From: an uncultured Candidatus Saccharibacteria bacterium
GTDB lineage: Bacteria; Patescibacteriota; Minisyncoccia; Phycocordibacterales; UBA9973
NCBI GenBank assembly: GCA_964361705.1
Contig: CAYIBP010000001.1
Location: 26,727 to 90,726 of the forward strand
Direction: 5' to 3'
DNA: 64,000 nucleotides
The position numbers and the translations under genes were made by a program. The first letter of the stretch is position 1. Every line of letters starts with the position of its first letter. The notes below the pieces were generated by a model. That model did not search any database. It worked only from the letters and a program-made list of their open reading frames with translations, and was not told the DNA's origin. Shown piece after piece: positions 1 to 8,520 of this stretch.

Positions 1-139
1 TGACTGAAAAGAACCGCGTAGAAAGTATTAGCATTTTTTGCCAGAATTCCTAAAGAAGCAGAAATAAAAACAGCAACACCAATAAAAACCAAAAGAGAAA
101 CTATAATCAAGAAAAATTTATTTACTTTTTTTCTTTTCA
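1..139 (-). CDS. 5'-partial membrane protein (only N-terminus in window; gene continues beyond window start); possibly SEDS family FtsW/RodA-like
   Basis: Reverse-strand ATG at 137-139 gives MKRKKVNKFFLIIVSLLVFIGVAVFISASLGILAKN..., a hydrophobic TM helix with the SAS-like motif. It lies directly downstream of mraY on the same strand, where ftsW often lies in dcw clusters. Family assignment is inference. Confidence 0.3.
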
Positions 140-155
140 TTTATTATTTATTCAT

Positions 156-1214
156 TTATCTACTTATTATAGCCAAAATCACGCCCAGGATAGCAAAAGC
201 AAAAGAAAAAATCCAAAAACGCATAGTCACTTTATAAGAAGGCCAACCGATGGCTTCAAAGTGATGATGTATAGGTGAAATTCTAAAAAGTTTTTTACCA
301 TTACGCAGTTTCCTTGAAAGAGTTTGCAAGATCACTGAACCAGAAGTTATCACGAGTGCCATAGCCACTACAGGTAAAATAAGCACCGAATCAGTAAGGA
401 ATGCTAAGGTCGCCAGCGTAACCGTAAGCCCCATTATACCCGTCTCTCCCATATAAAATCTGGCGGGAGGAATATTAAACCAGAGAAATGCCAAAATGCC
501 TCCGGTGATTACGCCTGAAAAAGCCGCAATGTCTATTTGATTGTTGGTGTAGGCTATGACCGCATAAGCGCCAAATATTGAAGCTAGTACTCCACCAGAG
601 AGTCCGTCTATACCATCTATGATTCCCCCTGAAAATGTGGCAAGAGTTACGAAGATAAAGAAAGGTATGAAAAGAAAACCTAATTCAAGTTCTCCTCCGA
701 AAGGTATATGTATTGAATGCACACCAAGTTTATTAAAAAACCAAAAGGCAACCAATAAAGACATAAATGAAATCAGAAGTGCTTTCCACTTACGCCAAGA
801 CGAGTGATCATGAGCAACTTTGCCATGACCATATATTTGTATCAGATCGTCCCAAAGACCAAGCAAAGAGCCAAAAAGTAAAGTAAAAAATAAAATGATT
901 GTCTGATTGCGACTCAGAAAATTTAGCTTTTCCGTGAATGGTGAAGGAAAAAGAACAGAAAGCAGATAAAATAAAAGTGTAGTAACTAGTATGGAAACCC
1001 AAATGATAATGCCTCCTACCCTAGGGGTACGCAACTCTTCTTTTTCATTATGAATCTTCTGAAAATCAGAACCAGGGGTGACGACACTACTTCTCGAATA
1101 CTTCTTCCACATTTTGTGTTTGTAAAAAAAATGTGTCGCAAAAGGCGTAATAAAAAGACCTATGAATAAGGCCACTATGGTCGGCAAGAAAATTTTGATC
1201 AAATCTATATACAT
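156..1214 (-). CDS. mraY: phospho-N-acetylmuramoyl-pentapeptide transferase (glycosyltransferase family 4)
   Basis: 352 aa polytopic membrane protein. It has the conserved PIHHHFE motif (ISPIHHHFEAIGW) and a DDxxD-like motif (LWDDLIQIYGHGK) typical of MraY/WecA. Confidence 0.8.
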   Translation of the reverse strand: MYIDLIKIFLPTIVALFIGLFITPFATHFFYKHKMWKKYSRSSVVTPGSDFQKIHNEKEELRTPRVGGIIIWVSILVTTLLFYLLSVLFPSPFTEKLNFLSRNQTIILFFTLLFGSLLGLWDDLIQIYGHGKVAHDHSSWRKWKALLISFMSLLVAFWFFNKLGVHSIHIPFGGELELGFLFIPFFIFVTLATFSGGIIDGIDGLSGGVLASIFGAYAVIAYTNNQIDIAAFSGVITGGILAFLWFNIPPARFYMGETGIMGLTVTLATLAFLTDSVLILPVVAMALVITSGSVILQTLSRKLRNGKKLFRISPIHHHFEAIGWPSYKVTMRFWIFSFAFAILGVILAIISR

Positions 1215-1314
1215 TTAAACATTATAATACCCTCTTGGAGGGATATATCTTATATTATATCACATTATATTTATACCATTTTTTGATTAAAAAATATCCT
1301 TATGTTATCCTGTT

Positions 1315-2163
1315 ATGATGAATGGAAACACTTTCAAAAAAACCCTTATTATTTGCGTCTTTTTCTTGATGAGCGTCATCATAATCCAATTTTCATTTTA
1401 TTACTTTAATGAACTTAAAAAGGAGAAAAAGGCCGAAGCAGCTTATCAAGAAATACTCATTGAAGAGCTTGCACAAGAGGAAGAAAAAGCAAGACAAGAA
1501 AAATTCTTATATATCACGGGCAAATTTAATCCAGCAGAAAGAGAAGACTTTATACTCATACCCTCAAAATACGCTTTGTATGGAAGCAAAATATATACAC
1601 ATAAAGAAACTTATGCGGCATTTTTGACGATGGAAAGCGCGGCACGTAGAGATGATATAAAACTTATAGTGGCTTCAGCTACAAGAAATTTTGATTATCA
1701 AAAAGATATATGGAGTAGCAAATGGTCTGGCGCAACTCTCGTAGATGGCAAGAATTTGTCAAAGAGTATTCCCGACGAGCTCGCAAGATTTAAGAAAATT
1801 TTAGAATACAGCGCAGCTCCGACCACATCGCGACATCACTGGGGCACGGATATAGATATAAATGACGCTGATCCGGAATACTTTGAAACAGAACAAGGTA
1901 AGAAAGAGTATGAGTGGTTAAAAGCCAACGCTCCAGAATTTGGATTCTGTCAGGTATATAATACAAAAGACGAAGGCAGAATGTCCGGTTATAACGAAGA
2001 AAAATGGCACTGGTCTTATTTGCCTCTAGCTATCACGCTGACACAAGAATACAAAGAAATTGTAAAAGAAAAAGATATTTTTGGATTTCCCGGAGACGAG
2101 TTTGTGGCAGAACAAAATCTGATAGAGGATTATGTGCTTAGCATTAATCCTGCATGCCTTTAA
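1315..2163 (+). CDS. peptidase M15 family (VanY / D-Ala-D-Ala carboxypeptidase-like) with N-terminal membrane anchor
   Basis: N-terminal TM helix. Motif SRHHWGTDIDIND matches the SxHxxGxAxD zinc-binding signature of LAS/M15 peptidases. Confidence 0.55.
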   Translation: MMNGNTFKKTLIICVFFLMSVIIIQFSFYYFNELKKEKKAEAAYQEILIEELAQEEEKARQEKFLYITGKFNPAEREDFILIPSKYALYGSKIYTHKETYAAFLTMESAARRDDIKLIVASATRNFDYQKDIWSSKWSGATLVDGKNLSKSIPDELARFKKILEYSAAPTTSRHHWGTDIDINDADPEYFETEQGKKEYEWLKANAPEFGFCQVYNTKDEGRMSGYNEEKWHWSYLPLAITLTQEYKEIVKEKDIFGFPGDEFVAEQNLIEDYVLSINPACL

Positions 2164-2695
2164 TTTCTTTTTCTAAATTCTCTGCGTTGATATCTATAGA
2201 ATTTTTTATCTCTTTATATTCTGGCAACTCTTCTATTGATTTTATACCTAAAAACGAAAGTGTTCCAAAGGTTGTCCTGTAAATATACTTGCGGTTATCT
2301 GAAGGATCAATAATCTTCTCGACAAGACCCCTTATCGAAAGCGCCCGCAAAGTAAAACTTGAGTTTACTCCTCGTATATAATCTATCTCCGCTCTGTTTG
2401 CGCCATTTTTGTAAAGTATAATGGAAAGAGTCTCCAATGACGCTTTGGATAAATCTTTGTTCAGTTCTTCTTTCCATAGACTTTCTATTAAATCAGAAAA
2501 TTCTCCAGGTGTGCCAAGAGTGACCTCGTTATCTTTTTCTTGAAGTACTATTCCCCTACTACGCAAACTTTCTTTCAATTTTTCTATACTTTCAGATATC
2601 TCACTTTCTGAAACTTTCAAAAAATCAGAAAGTCTTTTCTTTGACATTGGTTCTCCCTTGAAAAAAAGTATTGCTTCTATTTTTTGTTCTAGCAT
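2144..2695 (-). CDS. scpB: segregation and condensation protein B
   Basis: 183 aa with typical ScpB N-terminus (EAILFFKGEPMSKKRLSDFL) and two winged-helix repeats. Immediately downstream of scpA. Confidence 0.85.
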   Translation of the reverse strand: MLEQKIEAILFFKGEPMSKKRLSDFLKVSESEISESIEKLKESLRSRGIVLQEKDNEVTLGTPGEFSDLIESLWKEELNKDLSKASLETLSIILYKNGANRAEIDYIRGVNSSFTLRALSIRGLVEKIIDPSDNRKYIYRTTFGTLSFLGIKSIEELPEYKEIKNSIDINAENLEKEIKGMQD

Positions 2696-2707
2696 ATTAT
2701 CAAAATT

Positions 2708-3493
2708 TTAAGAATAAATTATTTCTTTCTGTTCTTCGCTCGTGTTTTTATTTATAAGAATATCTCCAAAACTTCCCTCTTGCGCCACATGAAGTATCCC
2801 CTGTCTCACAAGCTCTAGCATAGCAAGAAAACTTATAATTACAATGACTTTTTCTTCTTTTGTCTTTGCCTTACCTGAAAAATCGCTAAAACTCATCTGA
2901 AGGGTTTTTTCTATCCTCTCAGTGAGCTTGGAAATCATCTCCTCAATACTTATAACCTTTTTAACTTCAACCTCTGGTAATGAGATTTTCTTTGGTATTT
3001 TGCCCAATACTTCATGAGCAAGCATCATCATCTTTTCCTTTGTGATTTGATTATCCGGTAAAAAAACAAGAAGCTCGTTCTTTTTTTCTAGTGGCGCAAA
3101 GATAATCTGTCCGCCAAATAAATCTTTGATATGAGTTGATAGTTTTGTATAAAATTCGTATTGCTTTAATCTATCTTCAAGAATTGAGATATCACCTTTC
3201 TCCTCATCAGTCAGAGCGAGATTCGGCAGAAGTGATTTTGATTTTATAAGTATTAGAGTAGCGGCTACAACTATGAAACTAGAAACTTCATGTGTTTTTT
3301 TATCTGTAGACATATCTGAATTTTCCTTTATGGAATTCAGATAATTAATATAATCTTCTGTAACCTGCGCAAGAGATAAATCATTGATGAAAAATTTCTT
3401 TTCTTCTATGAGCGAAAGAAGCAAATGGAAAGGTCCTTCAAAAACACCTGTCTTGACCGTGTACGTATTCTTTTGTATAGCATCAGCTTCCAC
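2708..3493 (-). CDS. scpA: segregation and condensation protein A
   Basis: 261 aa with N-terminal FEGPFHLLLSLIEEKK (kleisin ScpA signature). Forms a scpA-scpB operon. Confidence 0.85.
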   Translation of the reverse strand: MEADAIQKNTYTVKTGVFEGPFHLLLSLIEEKKFFINDLSLAQVTEDYINYLNSIKENSDMSTDKKTHEVSSFIVVAATLILIKSKSLLPNLALTDEEKGDISILEDRLKQYEFYTKLSTHIKDLFGGQIIFAPLEKKNELLVFLPDNQITKEKMMMLAHEVLGKIPKKISLPEVEVKKVISIEEMISKLTERIEKTLQMSFSDFSGKAKTKEEKVIVIISFLAMLELVRQGILHVAQEGSFGDILINKNTSEEQKEIIYS

Positions 3494-3514
3494 TTGTGAT
3501 TACAAAATCATGTT

Positions 3515-4210
3515 TTACTTCAAAGTAATTTTTTCCAAGACTACTGGTTTGAGAGGCCTGTCATTATCATCTACACTAACTGTATTTATAGACGTAACGA
3601 CATTCATGCCAGATGTGACTTTGCCAAAGACTGTGTGTTTTGTATCTAGAAAATTATTTGGAGCGACGTTTATAAAAAACTGACTGCCATTTGTATTTGG
3701 CCCTGCATTCGCCATAGAGATAGTGCCTACGTCGTTTTTATTTGATGCTGTTATCTCGTCTTCAAATTTATAACCCGGACCTCCTGTACCCCAAAAATCT
3801 TTCTTAGAATCATCTTTTGACAGAGGGTCACCACCTTGATTCATAAAACCTTTTATAACTCGATGAAATTTTGTACCATCATAAAAACCGCTCTTTGCCA
3901 ATTTTACAAAATTCTCTGTCGTCTTTGGAGTATTAGCATTTAATTCAATAGTAATGTCGCCTTTGTTTGTGTGTAATATAGCTATCATAACTTTTTTATT
4001 ATCTTGTGTATTATTTGTAATTTGTCCATCAACTTGACCAATAGCAATAGATTGCCCTGATCCGTCGACTGTAGCGTCATCGCTGTATTGATTATCCAAG
4101 GAAGCATCTGAAGTCATTTTGAGTGAATCCTCCACAGTATCCCCTTTCAAAAAATAATAACCAATACCTAACACGCATATAATCAAAAGAATCGTTAACG
4201 TTGTTTTCAT
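3515..4210 (-). CDS. ppiB: peptidyl-prolyl cis-trans isomerase, cyclophilin type, with signal peptide
   Basis: Signal peptide MKTTLTILLIICVLGIGYY, then HTNKGDITIELNANTPKTTENFVKLAKSGFYDGTKFHRVIKGFMNQGGDP, the canonical cyclophilin core. Confidence 0.85.
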   Translation of the reverse strand: MKTTLTILLIICVLGIGYYFLKGDTVEDSLKMTSDASLDNQYSDDATVDGSGQSIAIGQVDGQITNNTQDNKKVMIAILHTNKGDITIELNANTPKTTENFVKLAKSGFYDGTKFHRVIKGFMNQGGDPLSKDDSKKDFWGTGGPGYKFEDEITASNKNDVGTISMANAGPNTNGSQFFINVAPNNFLDTKHTVFGKVTSGMNVVTSINTVSVDDNDRPLKPVVLEKITLK

Positions 4211-4259
4211 AATTGCAAATTATTATATACTTTTTTAAAATTTTAGCGAACTATTAATT

Positions 4260-4628
4260 TTATTTTCCCGAAACAAATTTCATTGATATAGAATTCACAC
4301 AGTGTCGGATGTTTTTGTCTGTCAGACCTTCGCCCTCAAACACATGTCCGAGATGACCTCCACATCTAGCGCAGGTAATCTCTGTGCGTGCTCCGTCTTT
4401 ATCCACAGTTTTTTTAACAGCGCCTTTTATTTCATCATCAAAACTCGGCCATCCACAAGTGGATTCAAATTTATCTTTGGAATCATACAGCGGAGCATCG
4501 CATTGTCGGCATACATAAACGCCAGTTTCTTTGTTGTTCACATATTCGCCAGTAAAAGGCATCTCTGTGCCTTTGTCCACGATCACTCTCTTTTCTTCTT
4601 CTGTTAATTCATTTAGTTGCATAATCAT
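4260..4628 (-). CDS. msrB: peptide-methionine (R)-S-oxide reductase
   Basis: 122 aa with CxxC...CxxC zinc site and catalytic [17 protein letters not shown] motif of MsrB/SelR. Confidence 0.9.
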   Translation of the reverse strand: MIMQLNELTEEEKRVIVDKGTEMPFTGEYVNNKETGVYVCRQCDAPLYDSKDKFESTCGWPSFDDEIKGAVKKTVDKDGARTEITCARCGGHLGHVFEGEGLTDKNIRHCVNSISMKFVSGK

Positions 4629-4733
4629 GTCTATACTTAATAAATAATATCATTTATACCCCTATACTACAAAACAATTACATTTTTAATGGCTTATTTT
4701 ATCTAAGATAACGGATTGAAAGCTATAGCTACT

Positions 4734-4754
4734 ATAATGTTATTATAACATTAT
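4734..4754. promoter_or_regulatory. perfect 21-bp palindrome (aTAATGTTATtATAACATTAt) upstream of msrB
   Basis: Read directly from sequence. Located ~105 bp upstream of the msrB start on the reverse strand. Operator-like dyad symmetry; function not established. Confidence 0.3.
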
Positions 4755-4788
4755 TATAATAAACATTCATTTTTTACCTTTTTAAAAT

Positions 4789-5349
4789 TTACAAATTAAA
4801 TGTCTTTTCTAACAAATCTCTATTTGTAATATCTTTCGCTAAAATAAAATGAACATATTTCGCTACTCCCCAATAATTTGCTATGAAATCAATTTCTTTT
4901 TGACACGGATACGGGTAAACCCAAACACTATCGTTGAATCGAATACAACCTAATTCTTTCATTTTTTCTCTTAAAGAATCTCTTGCTGGTTTCTTTTTTT
5001 CTGGAATATCAAAAACAATCACACGAAAAAACCTATCCCAAATCTTTGGGAATTTGAACTCCATGTTTTCATAGTTAAAACGCAAAAATATTTCTCTGCC
5101 ATTTTCTGTAAGAACAACTTTATGAAAGTCTCCTTCTTCCTTAAAACTTATAAAATTTAATTTTCTTAATTTTAAAAAATAATGTGGAATATTTTTTGGT
5201 TTTTTATTTAATCCGAAAATTTCTTTCACCAATATTTTAGTGATTTTGTAACTTGTTCTCCTATTAGACAAAGCAACAGCAATACCTATCCCCATTCCTA
5301 AAGCGCGAATTATCTTACCCGTATTTGATTCTTGATCTATTATTTTCAT
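4789..5349 (-). CDS. uncharacterised winged-helix + Cas2/VapD-like fold protein (paralog of 41081-41614)
   Basis: 186 aa. C-terminal block WDRFFRVIVFDIPEKKKPARDSLREKMKELGCIRFNDSVWVYPYP follows the Cas2 core pattern (hydrophobic-x-[YF]D[IL]... basic patch ... G-x-R-x-Q/N-SV[FW]). N-terminal helical/wHTH-like region. No CRISPR repeats nearby. Confidence 0.45.
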   Translation of the reverse strand: MKIIDQESNTGKIIRALGMGIGIAVALSNRRTSYKITKILVKEIFGLNKKPKNIPHYFLKLRKLNFISFKEEGDFHKVVLTENGREIFLRFNYENMEFKFPKIWDRFFRVIVFDIPEKKKPARDSLREKMKELGCIRFNDSVWVYPYPCQKEIDFIANYWGVAKYVHFILAKDITNRDLLEKTFNL

Positions 5350-5459
5350 AAAATGATGATAACATATTGATAGCGGTAGCGTCCAATCCGTTAGGATGGT
5401 TTATTTGAAATTATATGATTATATGGAAGAAATTGTATTTATTAAGCATCTTATTTTAT

Positions 5460-5684
5460 TTATTCAATATCTATAGACAAAAGTTTGGTCGGAGTGTGAT
5501 GTCCGTTTATAATACGCGCTTTGTTTTTAGAAATTTTAAAATGGAGAGATACTAAATCAAGTACGCGATCATTTGCCATATTATTTTTGGCTTTTTCTTT
5601 TACAGAAATTAAAAAATGATTTTGGTCTTTTTGTTCAAATTTTTCTGTTCGAGCGGAAGTTATGACTTTGATATGTATGTACAT
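5460..5684 (-). CDS. DUF167 (YggU-like) small protein
   Basis: Pattern IKVITSARTEKFEQ...ISVKEKAKNNMANDRVLDLVSLHFKISKNKARIINGHHTPTKLLSIDIE matches DUF167 (A-N-x-A-L...G-x-x-S/T-R-x-K). The listed longer ORF (5460-5717) would overlap the ABC-F gene, so start taken at internal Met (MYIHIK). Confidence 0.55.
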   Translation of the reverse strand: MYIHIKVITSARTEKFEQKDQNHFLISVKEKAKNNMANDRVLDLVSLHFKISKNKARIINGHHTPTKLLSIDIE

Positions 5685-5688
5685 AACC

Positions 5689-7182
5689 TTATTTCTCCAA
5701 ATCCAAAATCTCATCAATGCGAATCTTGGCGACGAATTCTGGCACGTGAGACACTAAAATCAGAGCTCCCTTGTATTGATTCACAGCTTCGGCAATGATC
5801 GGAATATGGCGAAAATTTATATGGTTTGTCGGTTCATCTAAGATAAGCAATCCAGGACGCTCCAAAACTAAACGCGCAAAAGCCAGCAATCCTTTCTGCC
5901 CTTCTGACAAACTCCCAACTTTTGTATTCATTAATTCCGCGGTAATCAAAAAACTCGCTGCAGTCGCGCGCATTTTTTCTTCATAAAGAGGCACACCACC
6001 TGCGATCATCGCGCTAGCCAAGGATTGATACACGGTATGTTCAAAATTTAAAGTGGAAAAATCTTGTCTATAATATCCTACACGAATACCAGATAGTATC
6101 TGCGATCCTTCAGCTGTGTCGTTTGCCAAATGTTCGAGCAGAGTGCTCTTGCCTATGCCGTTTGGACCTTTCAAAAGTAAGTGTTGATTCTTTTTTAATT
6201 TTATATTTGCTTTGTGTTTTACGAGTTTACCGGTCTTTGCATTCATCGTGGAAAAAGATGTGATGGTAATGATATCTCCATTTATGTCCTCTTGTACTGG
6301 AATAGTAAAATCTCTGATTGTTTTATCTTCTTTTCTGACATCCACCATTTCTTCTTCGAGTTCTTCGGCTTTTTCACGCATTCTTTTTGCTACGAGACGA
6401 AGTTGTCCGCCTTTGTGAGCAAAGACATTTGACTGATCTTTTTTTGCTTGAATCTCTTTTGCCAGCTGAGCATTCTTCATGTTTTCTTTCTCCACTCGCG
6501 CGGTTATTTCTTTTAACACATTTTTATAGTTACCGACATATTGCTCTACTTTGCGAGTATGCACATCGAGATATAAAACACCGTCCGAAAAAGCATTTAA
6601 GAATTCTGCATCATGAGATATCACCACCATGGTCTTTTTATAATCAACCAAGAATTTTGTCAGGTGTAAAATACCGGCATGATCTAGATTATTTGTCGGC
6701 TCATCTAGTAAAAGTAAATCTGGATCCAAAATCAAAGCCGAGGCGAGTAGTATTCTAGCGAGCTGTCCGCCCGAAAAAGTGCCCAGTGTTTTATCGTGGA
6801 GTTTCGTATGACCTTTCAGATTTACCACTTCGAGAACCTCATCTATACGCGGATCTATGTCATAAATTTTCGTAGTAAAACCATTCTCAAGAAAAGATTT
6901 CTCAAAAAATTCTCGCACCGTCAACACTAGATCTTCTCTTGGTATCACTTGCTTTGCTGTAGCGATACTCAATTTATTATTCATAATAACCAGACCGGAT
7001 TCGGGCTTCAATACTCCACGCATAAGACCAAAGATTGTCGTCTTGCCTGCGCCGTTTTGCCCCATAATCGTGATTTTTGAACCTCTTCGCAAGGGGAAAT
7101 AAACCTCTTCTAAAATAGGTTTATTGGGCCCATGTTCAAATGAAACCTTGTCGAATCGCAAGATTACTTCTTCTTTTGCCAT
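5689..7182 (-). CDS. ABC-F family ATPase (two tandem ABC domains, no TMD)
   Basis: Two Walker A motifs (GQNGAGKTT; GPNGIGKST) and two signature motifs (FSGGQLARILLASAL; LSEGQKGLLAFARLVL), with a charged linker between domains. Architecture of ABC-F translation factors (EttA/Uup class). Confidence 0.85.
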   Translation of the reverse strand: MAKEEVILRFDKVSFEHGPNKPILEEVYFPLRRGSKITIMGQNGAGKTTIFGLMRGVLKPESGLVIMNNKLSIATAKQVIPREDLVLTVREFFEKSFLENGFTTKIYDIDPRIDEVLEVVNLKGHTKLHDKTLGTFSGGQLARILLASALILDPDLLLLDEPTNNLDHAGILHLTKFLVDYKKTMVVISHDAEFLNAFSDGVLYLDVHTRKVEQYVGNYKNVLKEITARVEKENMKNAQLAKEIQAKKDQSNVFAHKGGQLRLVAKRMREKAEELEEEMVDVRKEDKTIRDFTIPVQEDINGDIITITSFSTMNAKTGKLVKHKANIKLKKNQHLLLKGPNGIGKSTLLEHLANDTAEGSQILSGIRVGYYRQDFSTLNFEHTVYQSLASAMIAGGVPLYEEKMRATAASFLITAELMNTKVGSLSEGQKGLLAFARLVLERPGLLILDEPTNHINFRHIPIIAEAVNQYKGALILVSHVPEFVAKIRIDEILDLEK

Positions 7183-7237
7183 ATTTTATGAGAATACAGT
7201 ATTTTATAATAAATAGAAAGTATGTTAAATTATACCC

Positions 7238-8464
7238 ATGCAAGATAAAGCTAAAGAGAGGAATTGGAAACTACCAAAGATCATCATCCTCTTCACTATA
7301 TTCCTAGACGCGCTCGGTATTGGCTTTATCACTCCAGTCCTCCCCTACTTTGTCGAATCCTTTGATGTGCCAAAAATAGTCGTCACCTCGCTCTTTGCCA
7401 CATTTTCTATTTTTGCTTTTTTCAGCGCGCCGATACTCGGAATGATTTCCGACAGAAAAGGCAGGAGACCGATTTTGATGTTGAGTCTTTTTTCTTCTGC
7501 TGTTGGCTGGGCAGTTTTTGCATTCTCACACTCTATACTAGGACTTTTCATCGGTAGAATCATAGACGGAGCTGCTGCAGGAAATATTTCCACCGCACAA
7601 AATTACTTGGTGGATATATCAAAAGATCAAAAAGACTTAAACAAAAATCTCGGCTGGATTGGGGCGGTGTTTGGTGTGGGATTTGTCATAGGCCCTCTGG
7701 CAAGCGGAATACTTTTTGATTTTGACAAAAGACTGCCTTTTATCATAGTGGGAATAATGGCATTACTCAATACCATTCTCGCCTATTTTTTCTTACCTGA
7801 AACCAACGGACATAAAAGTGAGAAAAAAATATCTATCAACCCCTTTGCTCCTATAATAAATGGATTTAAGAATAAAAGACTTTTACCTCTGTATCTGGCA
7901 TGGCTCTTCTTTGGAATATCCATCGCCCTCTCGCAAGCTATCTTGGGTCTATATGTGGATGCGCTGTTCTCTTGGCGAGCACTGACGGCCGGCCTGGTGA
8001 TGACGATGATCGGAGTAATAATATTTTTAAACCAAACTGTCCTGACTCATAAAGTGTGGCTCCGATATTTCAAAGAAGCTAAATTGATGGTGTATATGAT
8101 CGTCCCTTTTGCGTTAGGTTTCTTTATAATGACATTGCCCTACAAATTCGCTTTTATTTTTGGTATTATCATAGCAAGCCTTGCGTACTCTACTCTTCGC
8201 ATAATAACAAATAGTCAAGTATTGAATTTATGCCACAAAGAAGAACAGGGTGAAGTGATGGGAATATTGGCCTCTTTAATTTCTTTTTCCCTTGTTCTAG
8301 GCCCTATGATAGGTGGTTCAGCCTATGAAATATCTACAGGACTACCATTTATACTCACGGGTACATTGCTTCTGGTTACTTTCATTTTCATATTTAATAC
8401 TTACAAGCATATAAAGCCACATAGCCACACGCACGATCCAGAAGAATCCACAAATATCGTTTGA
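7238..8464 (+). CDS. MFS transporter
   Basis: 12 predicted TM helices; MFS motif A GMISDRKGRRP between TM2 and TM3. Confidence 0.8.
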   Translation: MQDKAKERNWKLPKIIILFTIFLDALGIGFITPVLPYFVESFDVPKIVVTSLFATFSIFAFFSAPILGMISDRKGRRPILMLSLFSSAVGWAVFAFSHSILGLFIGRIIDGAAAGNISTAQNYLVDISKDQKDLNKNLGWIGAVFGVGFVIGPLASGILFDFDKRLPFIIVGIMALLNTILAYFFLPETNGHKSEKKISINPFAPIINGFKNKRLLPLYLAWLFFGISIALSQAILGLYVDALFSWRALTAGLVMTMIGVIIFLNQTVLTHKVWLRYFKEAKLMVYMIVPFALGFFIMTLPYKFAFIFGIIIASLAYSTLRIITNSQVLNLCHKEEQGEVMGILASLISFSLVLGPMIGGSAYEISTGLPFILTGTLLLVTFIFIFNTYKHIKPHSHTHDPEESTNIV

Positions 8465-8520
8465 TACTTATTAATATGATTGATACAAAACAGAAAAAAT
8501 AATAGAAAATAAAAAATCAC

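Noticed and set aside
619-1002. ORFs 619-807 (+) and 808-1002 (-) inside the mraY gene
   Set aside because: They are fully contained within, or antisense to, the well-supported 352-aa MraY ORF. Low-complexity translations typical of shadow ORFs.
4789-5349. Cas2-like proteins as evidence for a CRISPR-Cas locus
   Set aside because: No regularly spaced direct repeats (CRISPR array) and no other cas genes anywhere in the window. The Cas2-like fold assignment itself is only pattern-based.
6212-6758. Three + strand ORFs (6212-6418, 6214-6432, 6387-6758) antisense to the ABC-F gene
   Set aside because: Antisense shadow ORFs within a gene that has two clear ABC domains; no independent motif.
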